DNA of 62,305 bases, counting the filler, from Sphacelaria rigidula (taxonomy: Eukaryota), in assembly GCA_964200075.2 (NCBI GenBank). It is 5 parts of 5 records of this genome, joined end to end, with 100 filler letters (N's around TTAATTAATTAA, not from the genome) between each part and the next. Parts side by side here need not be neighbours in the genome. Positions count along the whole stretch, not along the records: positions 24,966 to 37,346 come from CAXNAA020003837.1; positions 37,447 to 49,827 come from CAXNAA020003838.1; 3 more parts are not named here. The stretch is one strand, 5' to 3'. Below the pieces are notes generated by a model that was not told where the DNA came from, did no database searches, and was given only the letters and a program-made list of their open reading frames with translations. This document shows positions 25,474 through 37,699 of the stretch, piece by piece. The first letter of the stretch is position 1, and each line of letters opens with the position of its first letter. A program made the position numbers and the translations under genes.

Positions 25474-26289
25474 GGGTGCCCCATATTACTGCAGCATATC
25501 CCCCAACTCAGACGGTACAAGTAGAGCACGAGCACAGGCCTCACGAGAGCAAGGCTTCCGGGTGGGAGCATGGTCTTTTTAGAGGCGTCGACGGTATTTG
25601 ACTTTTGTGTCGTGCGTGAGTAAACCATCATGACACAACAAGCAGACAGAGACGGAGACAGAGACAGAGATATACAGAGAGAAAGTAGAGAACTGTCATC
25701 GTACTCTTATGGCCAGACACTGTACCTCTTGCATTGATAACACCGTGGTTAACCTCTTGTATAGTTAACACACTGCACCCTTTTCCCATCGTTGTGGAAT
25801 GTACCCGTTCGGTATCTCTTGTTGGGCAGAACGAGAAATATGAAGCCGTCGATGGAGGCTAGCGTCAGCGTCGTAGCTGTGTTGCGGCGTGCGCTCAAGT
25901 ATGAAGACGCTGAAATCTGCTACATGTGAGTGCACTATCCTGGGGACCCCAGTATATCTATCCTTAGGGAGAAAGTGACTACATAGACCCGCTGCAGTGA
26001 TGTACGACCCATCGGAAGTTTAGGAGCCGAGGCCGTTTTGACGTCAACTATCCCACCCTTGATTGACTTTGAAACAAAGAATGACTCGACGCCTTGCCCT
26101 CCGAGCCCTCCCTCGCGCAATAATGGGAAGCACTTGGCGGAAGCATGATCAATGATGACATGACGAGTATCGAGCATATACACCGGTTTAGCCGGAAAGA
26201 GCCGGAATGTGTGTTCACTGTGCTTGCCGCCGCGGCGAAATACGGCGTGGTAAACAGACAGCCGATAGAATGGGCGAATGAACAGACTG

Positions 26290-26860
26290 ACGAATTATGG
26301 CCTAATATTCGGACCTCCCGATAACGGCCTTGTGAACAGCTCTGCCTAATGACAGCTTTAGGAACGGACCGCCTGATAACGGCAGATAGATAAACAGTCA
26401 GTCGAATAACGGCCTTCTGATTGGACCGCCGAAATAACGGCACGAATGAATAGGCTGCCGAATAACGGCCTGATAAACGGACCGCCCGAGAACGGCCTGA
26501 TGGAGAGACGGCCCTATAGGGGCTGATGAAAGAACCGTCGAATAAACGTCCAGTAAACAGACAGTCCAATAACGGCCTGAAGATTGGACCGCCGGAATAA
26601 CAGCACGGATGAAGAGGCTGCCGGATAATGACCTCATGAACGGACCGCCCGACAACGGCCTCATGAATAAACTTCCCAATATCGGCCTAATGAACGGACC
26701 GCCGAATAATGACCGAATGAACGGACAACCGGATCACGGCTCTGATGATTGGACTGTCAAAGTTGGCACAAATGAACAGGCTGCCAAGTAACGGCCTGAT
26801 GAATGGACCGCCGAATATTGACCGAATAAACAAGCTTTCGACTAACGCCCTGATCAACAG
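26290..26860 (+). repeat. Degenerate minisatellite array (~25-30 bp unit GGACCGCCGAATAACGGCCTGATGAA)
   Basis: Many imperfect tandem copies of AATAACGGCC and GGACCGCC motifs. Confidence 0.85.
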
Positions 26861-27204
26861 ACTGGTAAGACGAAGTTGTACGATTTGATGGTACACCCTC
26901 TCGGAAAGTCTTTTGAAAAAGGTGAACAATATGGGTCATCGCTCTTGATAACGACCGCAAACACTACGGTTGTATAACCCCCCTCCAGACGCGAGCCTGG
27001 CTCTGTCTTTTTGTCTGTTGTATTCCTCTCTATACCTTTAATTCTTTTATTCTTTATTCGTCACCGCCCCTCCCCCCCCTTCCCCCTCTTCCCTTTCTTC
27101 TACGGTGTTCTNNNNNNNNNNGCGTTGTCTTTTTTTTTGTTTTTTCTCCCTTTTCTCTTTTTTTTTTTTTTTTTTTTTCCCCCCCCCCCCCCCCCCCATT
27201 TTTT

Positions 27205-27438
27205 CTGTTTCTAATCACGAGCTGGATTGTTGCAATTAGCTACGTAATGCGAGATAATCAGCTCGTTGTGTTATGTTTTGTGTGTATGTTGGCGACTGTT
27301 GCTTCTGTCTTCTTCTGTTCCTTTCCTTCTTTCTTATTCTGCTTTTGTTGTTGTTGTTGTTGTTGTTGTCGCTCCTGACCACGGGCTGGATTGTTGCAAT
27401 TATCTAATGTAAAATAATCAATCAATCAATCAATCAAT
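27205..27438 (+). mobile_element. Retroposon 3' ends (duplicated) with (ATCA)n tail
   Basis: CACG(A/G)GCTGGATTGTTGCAATTA occurs twice, followed by an ATCAATCAATCA tail. Confidence 0.55.
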
Positions 27439-27932
27439 AACTTGATTCTAATGTAATCCCACTGGAAGGATCTTCAGAAGAAAAGAAGTCGATAATTTGA
27501 CCGTCCCCTTGGATTTCCTAGAGCTGAGACCATTCTCTTGATGCGCGTGCCTGTTTTTGTTTGATGTTGTTGGAAGGGAAAAAATAAATTAATGTCAAGG
27601 CTCGATTATCCCTTCTTGACTTCCCTGTGCCCGACTTCACAATTCAATATTCCAAGGGTCGGACAAATAATGATTCGTCTGGAAATTACTTGGTTTTAGT
27701 ATAATGAGTCGACTCGTGACGAATCAACCCCCAGTCTTTATTTCAGCGCTGCAACCTAGGTACACGCAGCCCAGACACGTGGAGTGGCGCAAAAGTTGCG
27801 TGGATACCCTTTGGACCAGCGATCATTTTTTTTCTCCCTTGTGGGCAATCAGGCCGAAGAAATCGTGAATTTGGTGATTTCGAGACGTGATGATTTGTCC
27901 TAACCGTGCAATATTCGGAAAACCCCTTTTAG

Positions 27933-28103
27933 GGACATGATCAAGGAGCACATGCCGGTTGAGCCGGAGGATGTGTTCACGAAGTATTCTGCCCCGGCCC
28001 CCGAGGATGAGACGAAGAGGGTGTCCGCGCGGTCGTTTGCGATCGCCAGGATGATGCAAGAAGACAAGGATAACGTGGTGATCAAGGACGAAGAGACGTA
28101 CAG
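27933..28103 (+). CDS. Isolated internal exon of an unidentified protein
   Basis: tttag| acceptor, |gtgct donor, 171 bp open frame DMIKEHMPVEPEDVFTKYSAPAPEDETKRVSARSFAIARMMQEDKDNVVIKDEETY with GC3-rich codons. Confidence 0.65.
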
Positions 28104-28730
28104 GTGCTGTGCTGGGCTGTCATGTGATCCGATGTGACGTTTTATATGTGTTGTGCGACTTGATGTCTTCGTACATGTCTTTTCCTTGTTTTTCGTTGCT
28201 ATTTCGTGTCATTTATTCTTTCCGCCTGTTGTTTCATGTTTTTTTTTCTTTTTCTTTTTTCTTTCCCAATTTGTGGAGAACATGATTGTTTGATCCGTTG
28301 AGTTTTTGATGGATTGATGCCTGAAGATGCAACCCGGAGCTGATGGGTGGGTAGATTAATGGATGATGACCCGATTTCGGATGTTTTCACTTGGAGGGGA
28401 GGGGGGGGTTGTTTGTCCATGTACTTTTTCTTGTTATTGCGGTTGTGTAGCGAATTTGATTGATTGATTTAATAGGGGAATGTTTCATTGCTTAGTTCGT
28501 TGGTTGTGGTGCCCGAAGATCAACATGCTTCGAAGGTAAACGGGGTGATATTCACCTGACGTATTTTGCTTTTTTGTTTTTTTGAGTCCACTATTTGTGT
28601 CTGTTCCACCCTTCTGTTTTCTTCACTTTCCTTTAGCGAGTATTTCCGTGATAATTATAATGATGATGGTTGTTATGACGATGATCATCATGGTTATGAT
28701 GATGATCGTGATTGTGACTATGATTGTATT

Positions 28731-29084
28731 GTGTGTGTTATCGTCCCATTTATTCTGGGCGCCAGTCTACCCCTTTCGGGATATGTGGGCGTATCAGCCG
28801 GGGTCACACAGCCCGAGGAAGGTCAACACAGGGGCTTTTTTTATTATTTGTTTTTAGTACCCCACCTTCCTTCTGCGGTGCTTGCCTTTATTTTTATCGC
28901 GAGAGGGGTTCAGCAATCCCTCTCCCTCGTCGACCGTGAAGTCGAATTTTGTGTACCCCCGACATAATCGCTCTCCACTGTTGGGCATGGTGTGAGAAAA
29001 AGTCCCACGTAGCTCCGAGATTCGAACCCACGACCCAACCGTCAGAGGGTTTCGAGGTTACCGATCGTGCCACCGGGGCGGCCG
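28731..29084 (-). mobile_element. tRNA-derived SINE (family 1)
   Basis: Minus-strand head GCCCCGGTGGCACGATCGG..GGGTTCGAATCTC; AATAAA then (CA)n tail; homologous copies at ~46220 and ~61100. Confidence 0.8.
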
Positions 29085-30269
29085 GCATGATTATGGCATG
29101 ATAATGACAGTGATAATGGTGTAATTATTATGATTAGGGCACTACCCAGAAAAGGTATACCGACTCGTTTTTCGCACAAAAAAGCTACGAAATGCGAATA
29201 CAGCAAAACGCATAGTCCAGACCATTTTCGCTCCGAATTTCCCACGCACATCATTCAGGGGGCTCCCTGGCACCCGGGCCTCGAAACAACCCCAGAGGAG
29301 AACATTTTACATGTTACTCGCGATTCACGGCCATGTACAACAGGACGTCTCGCCTCCAGATACTACTTCTTTCTAGGCCAGACATCCGCGAGGTATACCT
29401 TACCCAGGACTTGTTTTTCAATCACACCTTATCTGGGCTACCAGTCGGCCGAGAAAGCACCCGTCCTGGGCAATCGCTTGCTACACGTGCACGGTACCTG
29501 ATACTGCACACTGCGCGCATGGGAGTCCACGCGCCAACTCCAACCACGGGGCCTACACATCCGGCTCTTTCCGCGCTCATTTGCCGTTTACGGACGCCAC
29601 AACGATTATGCCCCTTTGTCCTCGGAAATGGTTCCCAAATCTCTCTGCATCGACACTAGAACTGGATTCACAACTCACAACGCGTCGGTTTTTTGTGCTT
29701 GCGGGGGTTTATGTAATATCGTGCTGTTGCAATCACGGGGCTGGTGTCAGGGTCAAGCTAGGCTCTTCCGTCACGAACGGACGGTTATCATCATCATCGA
29801 TGGTTGGTCGAAGGAACGGATAAGAACCGCCACGTTTATATAAACAGGGACAGTACAGTAGTAGCGTTCAGCCCTACAAAGTAACATGCGCCCATTAGAA
29901 ACACCCAGGGAACACATCCATCAGATACCCCCTATCTGGACCGTGCGTATCAGCCACCAACGACGAGCGAAAAGTTCGGATCGTGTCCTCACCTTCCATG
30001 TCTGGTGATGGGGTTGTAGATGGACCTCCTCGTTTGAAGGCGGCGAAAGTAGCGCCGGGCGACATTCACGCCTCAGAACCAACTTTCGCGAAGGCGGTCG
30101 CGCAGATGTTGCTGTCTGATGGCCGCAGCGTCAAAATCGGCAACGGCGTTAGTAGGCAAGCTGTAAATCGCAACCAGAGCAATCTTTTCCCCAGAGCCAG
30201 CTTTCCGATGCCGAGAAGAAGGAGGTTGGGTGCATGTTTCCACGGTTCGGACGAATCATCGCCGGTTTG

Positions 30270-30770
30270 CATAAAAAAACCCACAATTTTTCAGGCCTGA
30301 TTGCTCGAAAGGGAGAAAAGAAGAAGTGACTAGCGCTGGTCAAAACGGTCCCCGCGCAATTTTTGCGCCATTCCACGGGCCTGGGCTGCGCGTGTAAGAA
30401 ATCTAACGCTAAAAACCCCCCACAATTTTTCAGGCCTGATTGCTCGAAAGAGGGAAAAAAAAAAGTGACCAGCGCTGGTCAAAACGGTCTCCGCGATTTT
30501 TTTGCGCCATTCCACGGGCCTGGGCTGCGCGTGTAAGAATTCGCTGGTCAAAACGGTCTCCGCGCAATTTTTGCGCCATTCCACGGGCCTGCGCTGCTGC
30601 GCGTGTAAGAATTTTAACGCTGAAAAAAACCCACAATTTTTCAGGCCGGATGGCTCGAAAGAGAGAAAAAAAGAAGTGACCAGCGCTGGTCAAAATGATC
30701 TCCGCGCAATTTGGCACCATTCCACTTGCCTGGGCTGCGCGTGTAAGAATTTGAACGCTGAAAAAAACAA
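30270..30770 (+). repeat. Tandem array of ~140-bp units in the foldback centre
   Basis: CCCACAATTTTTCAGGCC..GCGCTGGTCAAAACGGTC..CCATTCCACGGGCCTGGGCTGCGCGTGTAAGAA repeated three times plus a partial copy. Confidence 0.9.
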
Positions 30771-32221
30771 AGCCGAAGGATTGATTCGTACGGTATGAAT
30801 CAATTACACTAAAATCAAGTGATTTCCAGACGAATAATTTATTCGTCCAACCCCTGCATGTCTGGCATCAACGGGTGGAAGCGCGGTGCAGACCGCGGAT
30901 TGAAAAGTTATATTCGTTAAGGATGAACACATGAACTGCCCGTATGCGCGAGGCAAGCGCGGTCCGGGCGCTGTCATGGTGCAGGGCGAGGGACCTACCT
31001 TGTGGCACAAAACTCAACTGTCGGCGCGCGGGCTTCAGACATCATGAAGGCACAAGCGGGTGTCACCTTGAGTCACCGCACGTCCAGCCGCTTAACAAGC
31101 ACTGCGGTGGAGAACACTATGGCCCCGTCACCAGACATGAAGCTGAAGACACGGTCCGAACTTTTCGCTCGTCGGTGACTGTTGCGCACGGTCCATATAG
31201 ATGTGATGGATGTGTTCCCCGGGTATTTCTGTTGGGAGCACGTTAATCTGTAGGGTTGAGCGCTATCACTATACTGTCCCTATTTATATACGAGCTGGGC
31301 CGGTCTCAAGACTGAAATTCCTTCCACCGAACATATCTCAAAACCATGGCGACACATCGCAAAGTGAACGCATCCCTGTGATTGCGAGGTCGCCACTCGT
31401 GTTCTCCAACAGCTCTTGATGTACTTCATGATGTTCATACAAACGAAAAGGTCGTGTGCCAAGAATATACCGAGTTAGGTACTCGGCGAAACCGTGGTCT
31501 AATGCTTAGAGCGTCATCATCAGGGTGCAGAGAACATGGGTCCGATTCTTGCCAAATGGGTGGTAACCTCACGCTGCGCAGACGTCCAAGATATTTCATC
31601 GTCCCGTCATAACTATCATACGTGACGAATCGCCGGCACTTTCTCCGTCCTGAATATTTGCGCATGTGCTGTACTTTACCCTTTTGGAACCCTCCCGTCC
31701 TGTCCCCGGGCCAAACGCCTTATTATGAGAAGCCCTGACGAAGAGGAAAATATGGAAGCAGAAAAGGCCGACGGCAACCATTTTATATTGGAAGACCGAA
31801 GAGGAATCCAGTAGCACACGCGGCGGGTGCAGGAAAAATGTCCTCCCTGGAAAGGTCGGATGAGGTTTGTCCAATCATACCACGCAACGGATGAAGTGCG
31901 TCCAATTGTATCCATCGACAATAATTAGCGAAACACTATGAAACATTCCATTCAAAAACAGCAATGGGTTCCAGGGTCTGGTACGGCACATCAGTGAATA
32001 TGAAACCTTGTTTTGTTCCACTTGTCACTCGCACGGGTCTGAAAAATACGCATCGGGTCAATGTTGTTGCGTCTGAGCTGTAAACCATCAACCATATCTG
32101 ACTCAAGAACCGTTAGTTGCAAATAATCAATTTCCCATTGTGAGTTTCGAAAGGGTTAAACCAGTATATTATCGGCACACGACTTTTTTTTTTCTCTGTC
32201 ACACTCCATCAGCACACGATC

Positions 32222-32644
32222 TTTCCATTTCTGTCACACTCTGAACCCCTCCCCTTTCTAGGGACGAGTCTGTGGTCTCACTGTGGTCTCAAGGGATCAA
32301 GTCATCTCTCCTGACGTCCTCATGCTTTCGATGGTGAAAATCGAATTTACGGGAGAAAAAAGTGCGCTTGGCGTGAATCTAAGACCGCTTCTTGGAGACA
32401 GAAGAAGATCGCTGAAACATTTTTGGGCGGACGACTTTTCTCACTGAATTTTATATGAGAACCCAGGTTTCAAAACCCCAACTTGATAGTCCATGAAAAA
32501 TATCCGGGAGATTTGTACACCTGAGGCCATCATCTAGCCTGCGCCCAGACGGCGGTAGTGGTCATTATTTTCATTTTTGTGCTTGTGCCACCTGCGATAA
32601 ACTAGCACGATATTTCGTCCAGGTAAAAGATAGAGGGGATGGCA

Positions 32645-32678
<34 letters not shown>

Positions 32679-33426
32679 GCTACTGGCATAATAGGGATCG
32701 AAATGACAGGCATATCAACCCTTACTTCAGCCGACCGCCGCTTGGTACAGTAGTAGTGTCACAAGCGGTGCAGTGTGCAGCATTACGGTTTGTGCCATAA
32801 AGGGAAAAAAAAATCACTTGATAGTGCGGTAGCAATCGTGTTAGTACACAGAATGCTACAGAGTTCATCATTGGTGGCGGGCACGACGAGTATGAAACGA
32901 TACGAGCAGTCAGTACAGTCAGCAGGGGCGACACAGTGCTATTTTTCAGTAGCAACGCTGCCGGCGAAAAAGTACCGTACTGTACTGTCTGTCCCTGGTC
33001 CAACAGTCGTGAGGAGGATGCACGGAGTGGTGCAGCAGCTATGCTGCTGCTACGATTCTGTAGATGAGACAGGCTTAGCTGCTTTTGTACTGACTGTACC
33101 ACACTTGTATGCGAGGAGTGTGTGATTGAAGGTGCGGTGCGCGAGGAGTGTGTGATGGGACGTCCATTTCTAGACAGTGTGATTTTACTCAGAACTGACA
33201 GCTTTTCTCAGAGACATTTGGAAAAATCTCGCTGTCTGGAAAAGGTCCGCAGTTTCCAGAGACCTTTTCAATGAAAAATGGCCCTATTCAATCGCGCTCT
33301 GAAAAAATATCTGGAAACTGACCAAAACGTCCATTTTCAGTGACTTTTTTCAGACTACAGGAAGCGGCCTAACCCACGTTCTCTTCACCCTGACGGTGAC
33401 AGTCCAGCTGTTGAACAACTGGGGCA
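32222..33426 (-). mobile_element. SINE family 2 copy interrupted in its tRNA-derived head
   Basis: Family-2 body at ~32240-32310; head GCGTGAATC|TAA...TAA|CCCACG..GGGGC split by an insertion. Confidence 0.6.
32383..33369. mobile_element. Harbinger/Tourist-type TIR element with TAA TSD
   Basis: TAA|GACCGCTTC ... GAAGCGGCC|TAA; same family as 24618. Confidence 0.75.
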
Positions 33427-34198
33427 CATTCTGCATGGGAGAATACTAGGACAACGATGCGTGGCTCGATTTTTTAAATTTCAGGGTGAAAGTTTGACAC
33501 GAGAAAAACCGCACTCAGTCCTACCCTGTCCCTCCTTTGGCTCATATATATTTCTATTTTTGCTTACCTTGAGGGATTTGAAAATAGCCCAAAACGTTGA
33601 ACCGCCCACAGTTAGAGTAAAAATAAAAAGTAGGAAGCCAGGAGAGTGAAGCGATGGGCCTAAGTGTTGTCCTTCTGGTGTCAAAATTTCATCCCGAAAT
33701 TAGAAATTTTGAGCCGCGCGTGGCCTATCGACTGTTGCCACAGACCCCTCGGCCGGCCTAGCTCTAATGCGTGGCGGTTCTTATCCGTTCTTCGGACCAA
33801 CCATTGATGATGTGATGGCCGTCCGTTCGTGACGGAAGAGCCTAGCTTGACCCTGACACGACCCCTTTGATCGCAACAGCACGATGTTTCATAACCCCGC
33901 GCAAGCACGAAACACCGACACGTCGCCAGTTGTGAGTCCAGTATTAGTATCGATGCAGAGAGACTCGGGAACCATTTCCGAGGACAAAGGAGCATGATCG
34001 TTGTGGCGTCCGTAAACGGCAAATGAGCGGGAAAAGAGCCGGCTGTGTGGGCGCCATGGTTGAAGTTGGCGCGTGGACTCCCATGCGCGCAGTGTGCAGT
34101 ATCAGGTACCGTGTACGTGTAGCAAGCGATTGCCCAGGACGGGTACTTTCTCGGTCGACTGATGGCCCAGACAAGGTATTAATTCCTAGATCAGGCAC

Positions 34199-35394
34199 GA
34201 GTTGGGCCGGGCTTGACGCGAATTTGTGGTTTGCAGACCCTGCCTCACTCCAATCTTGCGAGTTTGACTTTCAAAGTTGGTACGGGGAAAGAATAGGGCG
34301 ATAGGGCATGCTGAAAAAAAATCGATGGGGACGATGATTTTTTTTTTTTTCGTGAGTTAGTGGCAATGATAACTACCTAGTTATCAGGAACATGCCGGTA
34401 ACCCACGAAAAAATACCTCGTTGTTCCCATGGATTTAGTTTTGTCATGCCCTGTTCTTCCTCCTCACCAAATCTGAAAGTTCAACTCTCGATGTTGAGTC
34501 GAGACGGGGCAATTTAGAAACCGGGCCGGGCGAAATTCGGAACAATATTTCCCAGGCCCTTTGCCGGCCGAGGTTTGGTGCTTGTCTTTTGAATCTTTGT
34601 GTGGGACTTGGCTAGACCACAATGAACCGAAAGAAGTGGGGGATGTTGATTTTTGCCTTTGTATTTCACTTGTTCAGGACGTTCTAGTGTAATGAAGACC
34701 GTATTTTCACGAGAGCCGCACCTCTTGAAATAAAAAAAAGGATTGAAGCCCCCCTTTTTTTTGTTCGGCATTCCTTCGCGATTATCCATGATGAGTTTCA
34801 AATCACAATTCGAAGAGCGGAGCTGAAAAATGGAGATGAGGTCCGAGAGCATTGTCCATTTTTCCCCTTGAAGAACAAAAGAAAACATACAAGAAACGAA
34901 AAAAATGAAAAATGCTCTCTTTTCCCATGATGCGCTAGTGATTCCCCATGCAATTTTTTAAAGCACAACTCTCAAAAACTGGGACGCAATATCCGGAGTT
35001 AGTGCATGTAGTACCTCTGCTCGTAATATATTGATTTCAGTATAGCACGCTATGTGCGCCATATATCGAGATAAATGATGAATTAGGCAAAGATGAGGGT
35101 ATCGATCGTCTCCCCGTACCCCAGGGAGTGTTTCACACCAAAAATGGTCATCATTCGCTGAATATATCGTTCGAGGTTTCATGTAGAGTTTGATATGGAC
35201 ACTATCTCCGTACGGTGTTTGAATTACTAGACATGGGGTTTCATCAACGAGAAAAATAACACAGACTTTTGAGCAGATTGGCACCTTCCGCTTGATGAGA
35301 CAAATTATGCGATAAGCGGATCACGACCCAACTCGTCTGTGTCAATGGGAAATTGCTTTGAGAGCTTCAGCCCGCGTCTAGGCCGGCCCAGCTC
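34199..35394. mobile_element. Second GAG(C/T)TGGGCCGG TIR element nested in the foldback right arm
   Basis: GAGTTGGGCCGGGCTTGACGCG ... CGCGTCTAGGCCGGCCCAGCTC. Confidence 0.8.
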
Positions 35395-35717
35395 GTATAT
35401 CTGGCGGATATTTGGCCTGAAAAGACGAAGCGGTTTCTGGAGGCAAGACGTCCTTTTGCACATGGCTATACATCGCGAGTGACATTTGTTTTTGCTTGTT
35501 TTTCGAGGCCCGGGTGCCAAGGAGCACCCCGATTTATGTGCGTGAAAAATTCGGAGTGGAAACGGTCTAGACTGTGTGTTTGCTGTATTCGCATTTCTGG
35601 TGAATTTTCGCACCTTTCTAAGACAAAAAGCGCGAGGTATACCTTTTCTGGGCAATTACCCTTACGACAGTATGATGATGAAAATCATGATGATGATGAT
35701 TATAATGATAATATATA

Positions 35718-36276
35718 CTCCTTCTGTCCGAAAATATAAGACCAGTTGGGATATTCGAAATATGAGATCGCTTTTGTCGTTGAGGGGGTTACAAAAGGTG
35801 TTTGTGCACCACTTTTTTTTGCCGTGCTCCCATCGGTGTACAGATGGAAGATATGACCTACAACAGGGGATGGTAAATTTGCATCCCCTCCGAATAATTA
35901 TTTTTTTCCTCCGGACGGATTTTCCGAAGATGTGGTCGGTGAGGAATCTCGAATGTCGTTTTTCTCCCGTATGGAGCGAAGACAAGGTTTTATTCCAATA
36001 CCTTTTGCTAGGTGTAATCTTGGCTATATAGAGCATGCTGTAGACCGAAAATTTAGATGAACAAATAGACATCTTCCCTTTTGACCGGGAGCAAAATTAC
36101 AGGGTGCCGAAAATCCACACCTTTGAAGCGAAAAAAACAGCACGAAGAGAAACAATTTGGGGAACGAACGTGTTTGTTTCGAAGAATGGTCGAACTCCCG
36201 CCCCAATTATTCATGGACAGATTGACTTACTAAGTAAGCATCTTGTTCGAACCGATCTTATATTTCCGGACAGAGG
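35718..36276. mobile_element. Tc1/mariner (Stowaway-like) MITE
   Basis: TA|CTCCTTCTGTCCGAAAATATAAGA ... TCTTATATTTCCGGACAGAGG|TA. Confidence 0.7.
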
Positions 36277-36761
36277 TACATACCGCCTTCTTGTCGTTCG
36301 TGGTTTTGTGGTCGCTCATCTATTGATTGCTATATTGATAGTTGGGGTGCCTGAAGATGAAAATACAGGTGATGTATGGATGGAAGATGACCCGATTTAG
36401 ACGCAGTTTGTTTTTTCATTTTTTGTTTTAGGGGTGGGGGGGGGGGGGGGGTTCGCGTCTCGCGACGGATCTGATCCGTCGATCGGTTTTCTGAGTCGTT
36501 GTCGATCGGTTGGCTGTGGTTGTAAATGAATGATGATGCAACTAGATTTCATTTTTTCTGTCGTTTTCTTCGTTTGTTGGTGGGTTTGTTTCTCCGTTGT
36601 TGTGGCGAAATTGTTACCTTGTCAAGGGATTTCGATGCTCAAAGAGGGAGAACTTCGACCGTCTCACTGCCAGAGTAGGCCGTTGGTTGAATTAGCATAC
36701 TTTTTCAACTCGGAGAATGAATGGAGGACTCAGATGACCCTGGCTGGCGGCAGAGGGTTAA

Positions 36762-36900
36762 CCCTTTTTGAACTCAAGTGCTAATTCTTGTTTTGTGAAT
36801 CTTTGTGAATCGGCATCATTTTGACTCGAAAATGACTGAAAATGATGCCGATTCCCCAAAACAAAAATCAGCTCTCCCTGGGGGTCTAGTTCCCAAAGGG
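36762..36900. mobile_element. piggyBac-like MITE
   Basis: TTAA|CCCTTT..GAACT ... AGTTCCCAAAGGG|TTAA; internal palindrome GAATCGGCATCATTTT..AAAATGATGCCGATTC. Confidence 0.75.
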
Positions 36901-37346
36901 TTAACGGATGACGCGTGATATGTGTATGTGTGTGTTTTGTCATTTTTTCGCTAGCGTGTTTCCCCCCCTACGTGGTGGATTTTGTGGCAAACTGATTAAT
37001 TCACTGTCGAACGATTTGTTGTGTGCTTTTAAAGTTGAAAATCGAAAAACAAGATAGCTGTATCCCCTCATGGGGTGAGGCGTCACCGAAAGAGATAGGT
37101 ACGAGAGTCAGTGGAAACGATTCAGTTTTGGAATAAAACAACGATAACGTGGAGAGGGGGCGAGTTGATGAAGAATTCATGGTCAAATCTTTCCGAGAAG
37201 CTGACGTGGATTTGTCCATGGTGTGAACCACTCCGCTGTGTTCTTCTATGACGAAGACCGGAGTACAGCATAATTTACCCTACCGGTCAGACACCCATGA
37301 GGCAGTGTAAAAGCTGTGGCTGTCTCTGGACGTGGCGAAACCGCAG

Positions 37347-37446
37347 NNNNNNNNNNNNNNNNNNNNNNNNNNNNNNNNNNNNNNNNNNNNTTAATTAATT
37401 AANNNNNNNNNNNNNNNNNNNNNNNNNNNNNNNNNNNNNNNNNNNN
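37347..37446. other. Artificial contig spacer
   Basis: N44-TTAATTAATTAA-N44. Confidence 0.98.
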
Positions 37447-37699
37447 CACCAATGGTCAAACGACTAAGGCAAGCAACAAATGAGTACGCCCCCCCCCGCC
37501 CGCCCGCCCCCTTATGTGTACTCATGATCATGAGTACCCCCCCCTCCCCCCCCCCCCTCATGCATTCGCAAGGTGCGCCATGCGGGCCCTTTTCTCGGCC
37601 CTACCTGCATCGCTAACCTCGTTCTCTCACGCTCATGTTAACCCTCTTCGAGCTCGGCTTGCATCACAGCATCCTCGAAGCACCCTTGTACACGGGGTT

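Larger units (their letters stand above)
31292..33764. mobile_element. TIR element (GAGCTGGGCCGG termini) nested in the right arm of the foldback
   Basis: GAGCTGGGCCGG ... CCGGCCTAGCTC; host arm sequence is contiguous across it. Confidence 0.75.
29137..35661. mobile_element. Large non-autonomous PIF/Harbinger-like foldback element with ~890-bp inverted arms and nested insertions
   Basis: TTA|GGGCACTACCCAGAAAAGGTATAC ... GGTATACCTTTTCTGGGCAATTACCC|TTA; left arm 29137-~30025 matches the reverse complement of 35661-35395 + 34198-33765 + 31291-~31110. Confidence 0.8.

Noticed and set aside
25076..25582. ORF with poly-Leu/Val as a membrane protein
   Set aside because: Artefact of the (TTG)n(GTG)n microsatellite
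26290..26860. Repeated motifs resembling a CRISPR-like array
   Set aside because: Units are degenerate and contiguous, with no unique spacers and no cas genes; this is a eukaryotic minisatellite
30270..30770. ~140-bp repeats as a regulatory or CRISPR array
   Set aside because: Whole units repeat in tandem without unique spacers and lie inside a transposon
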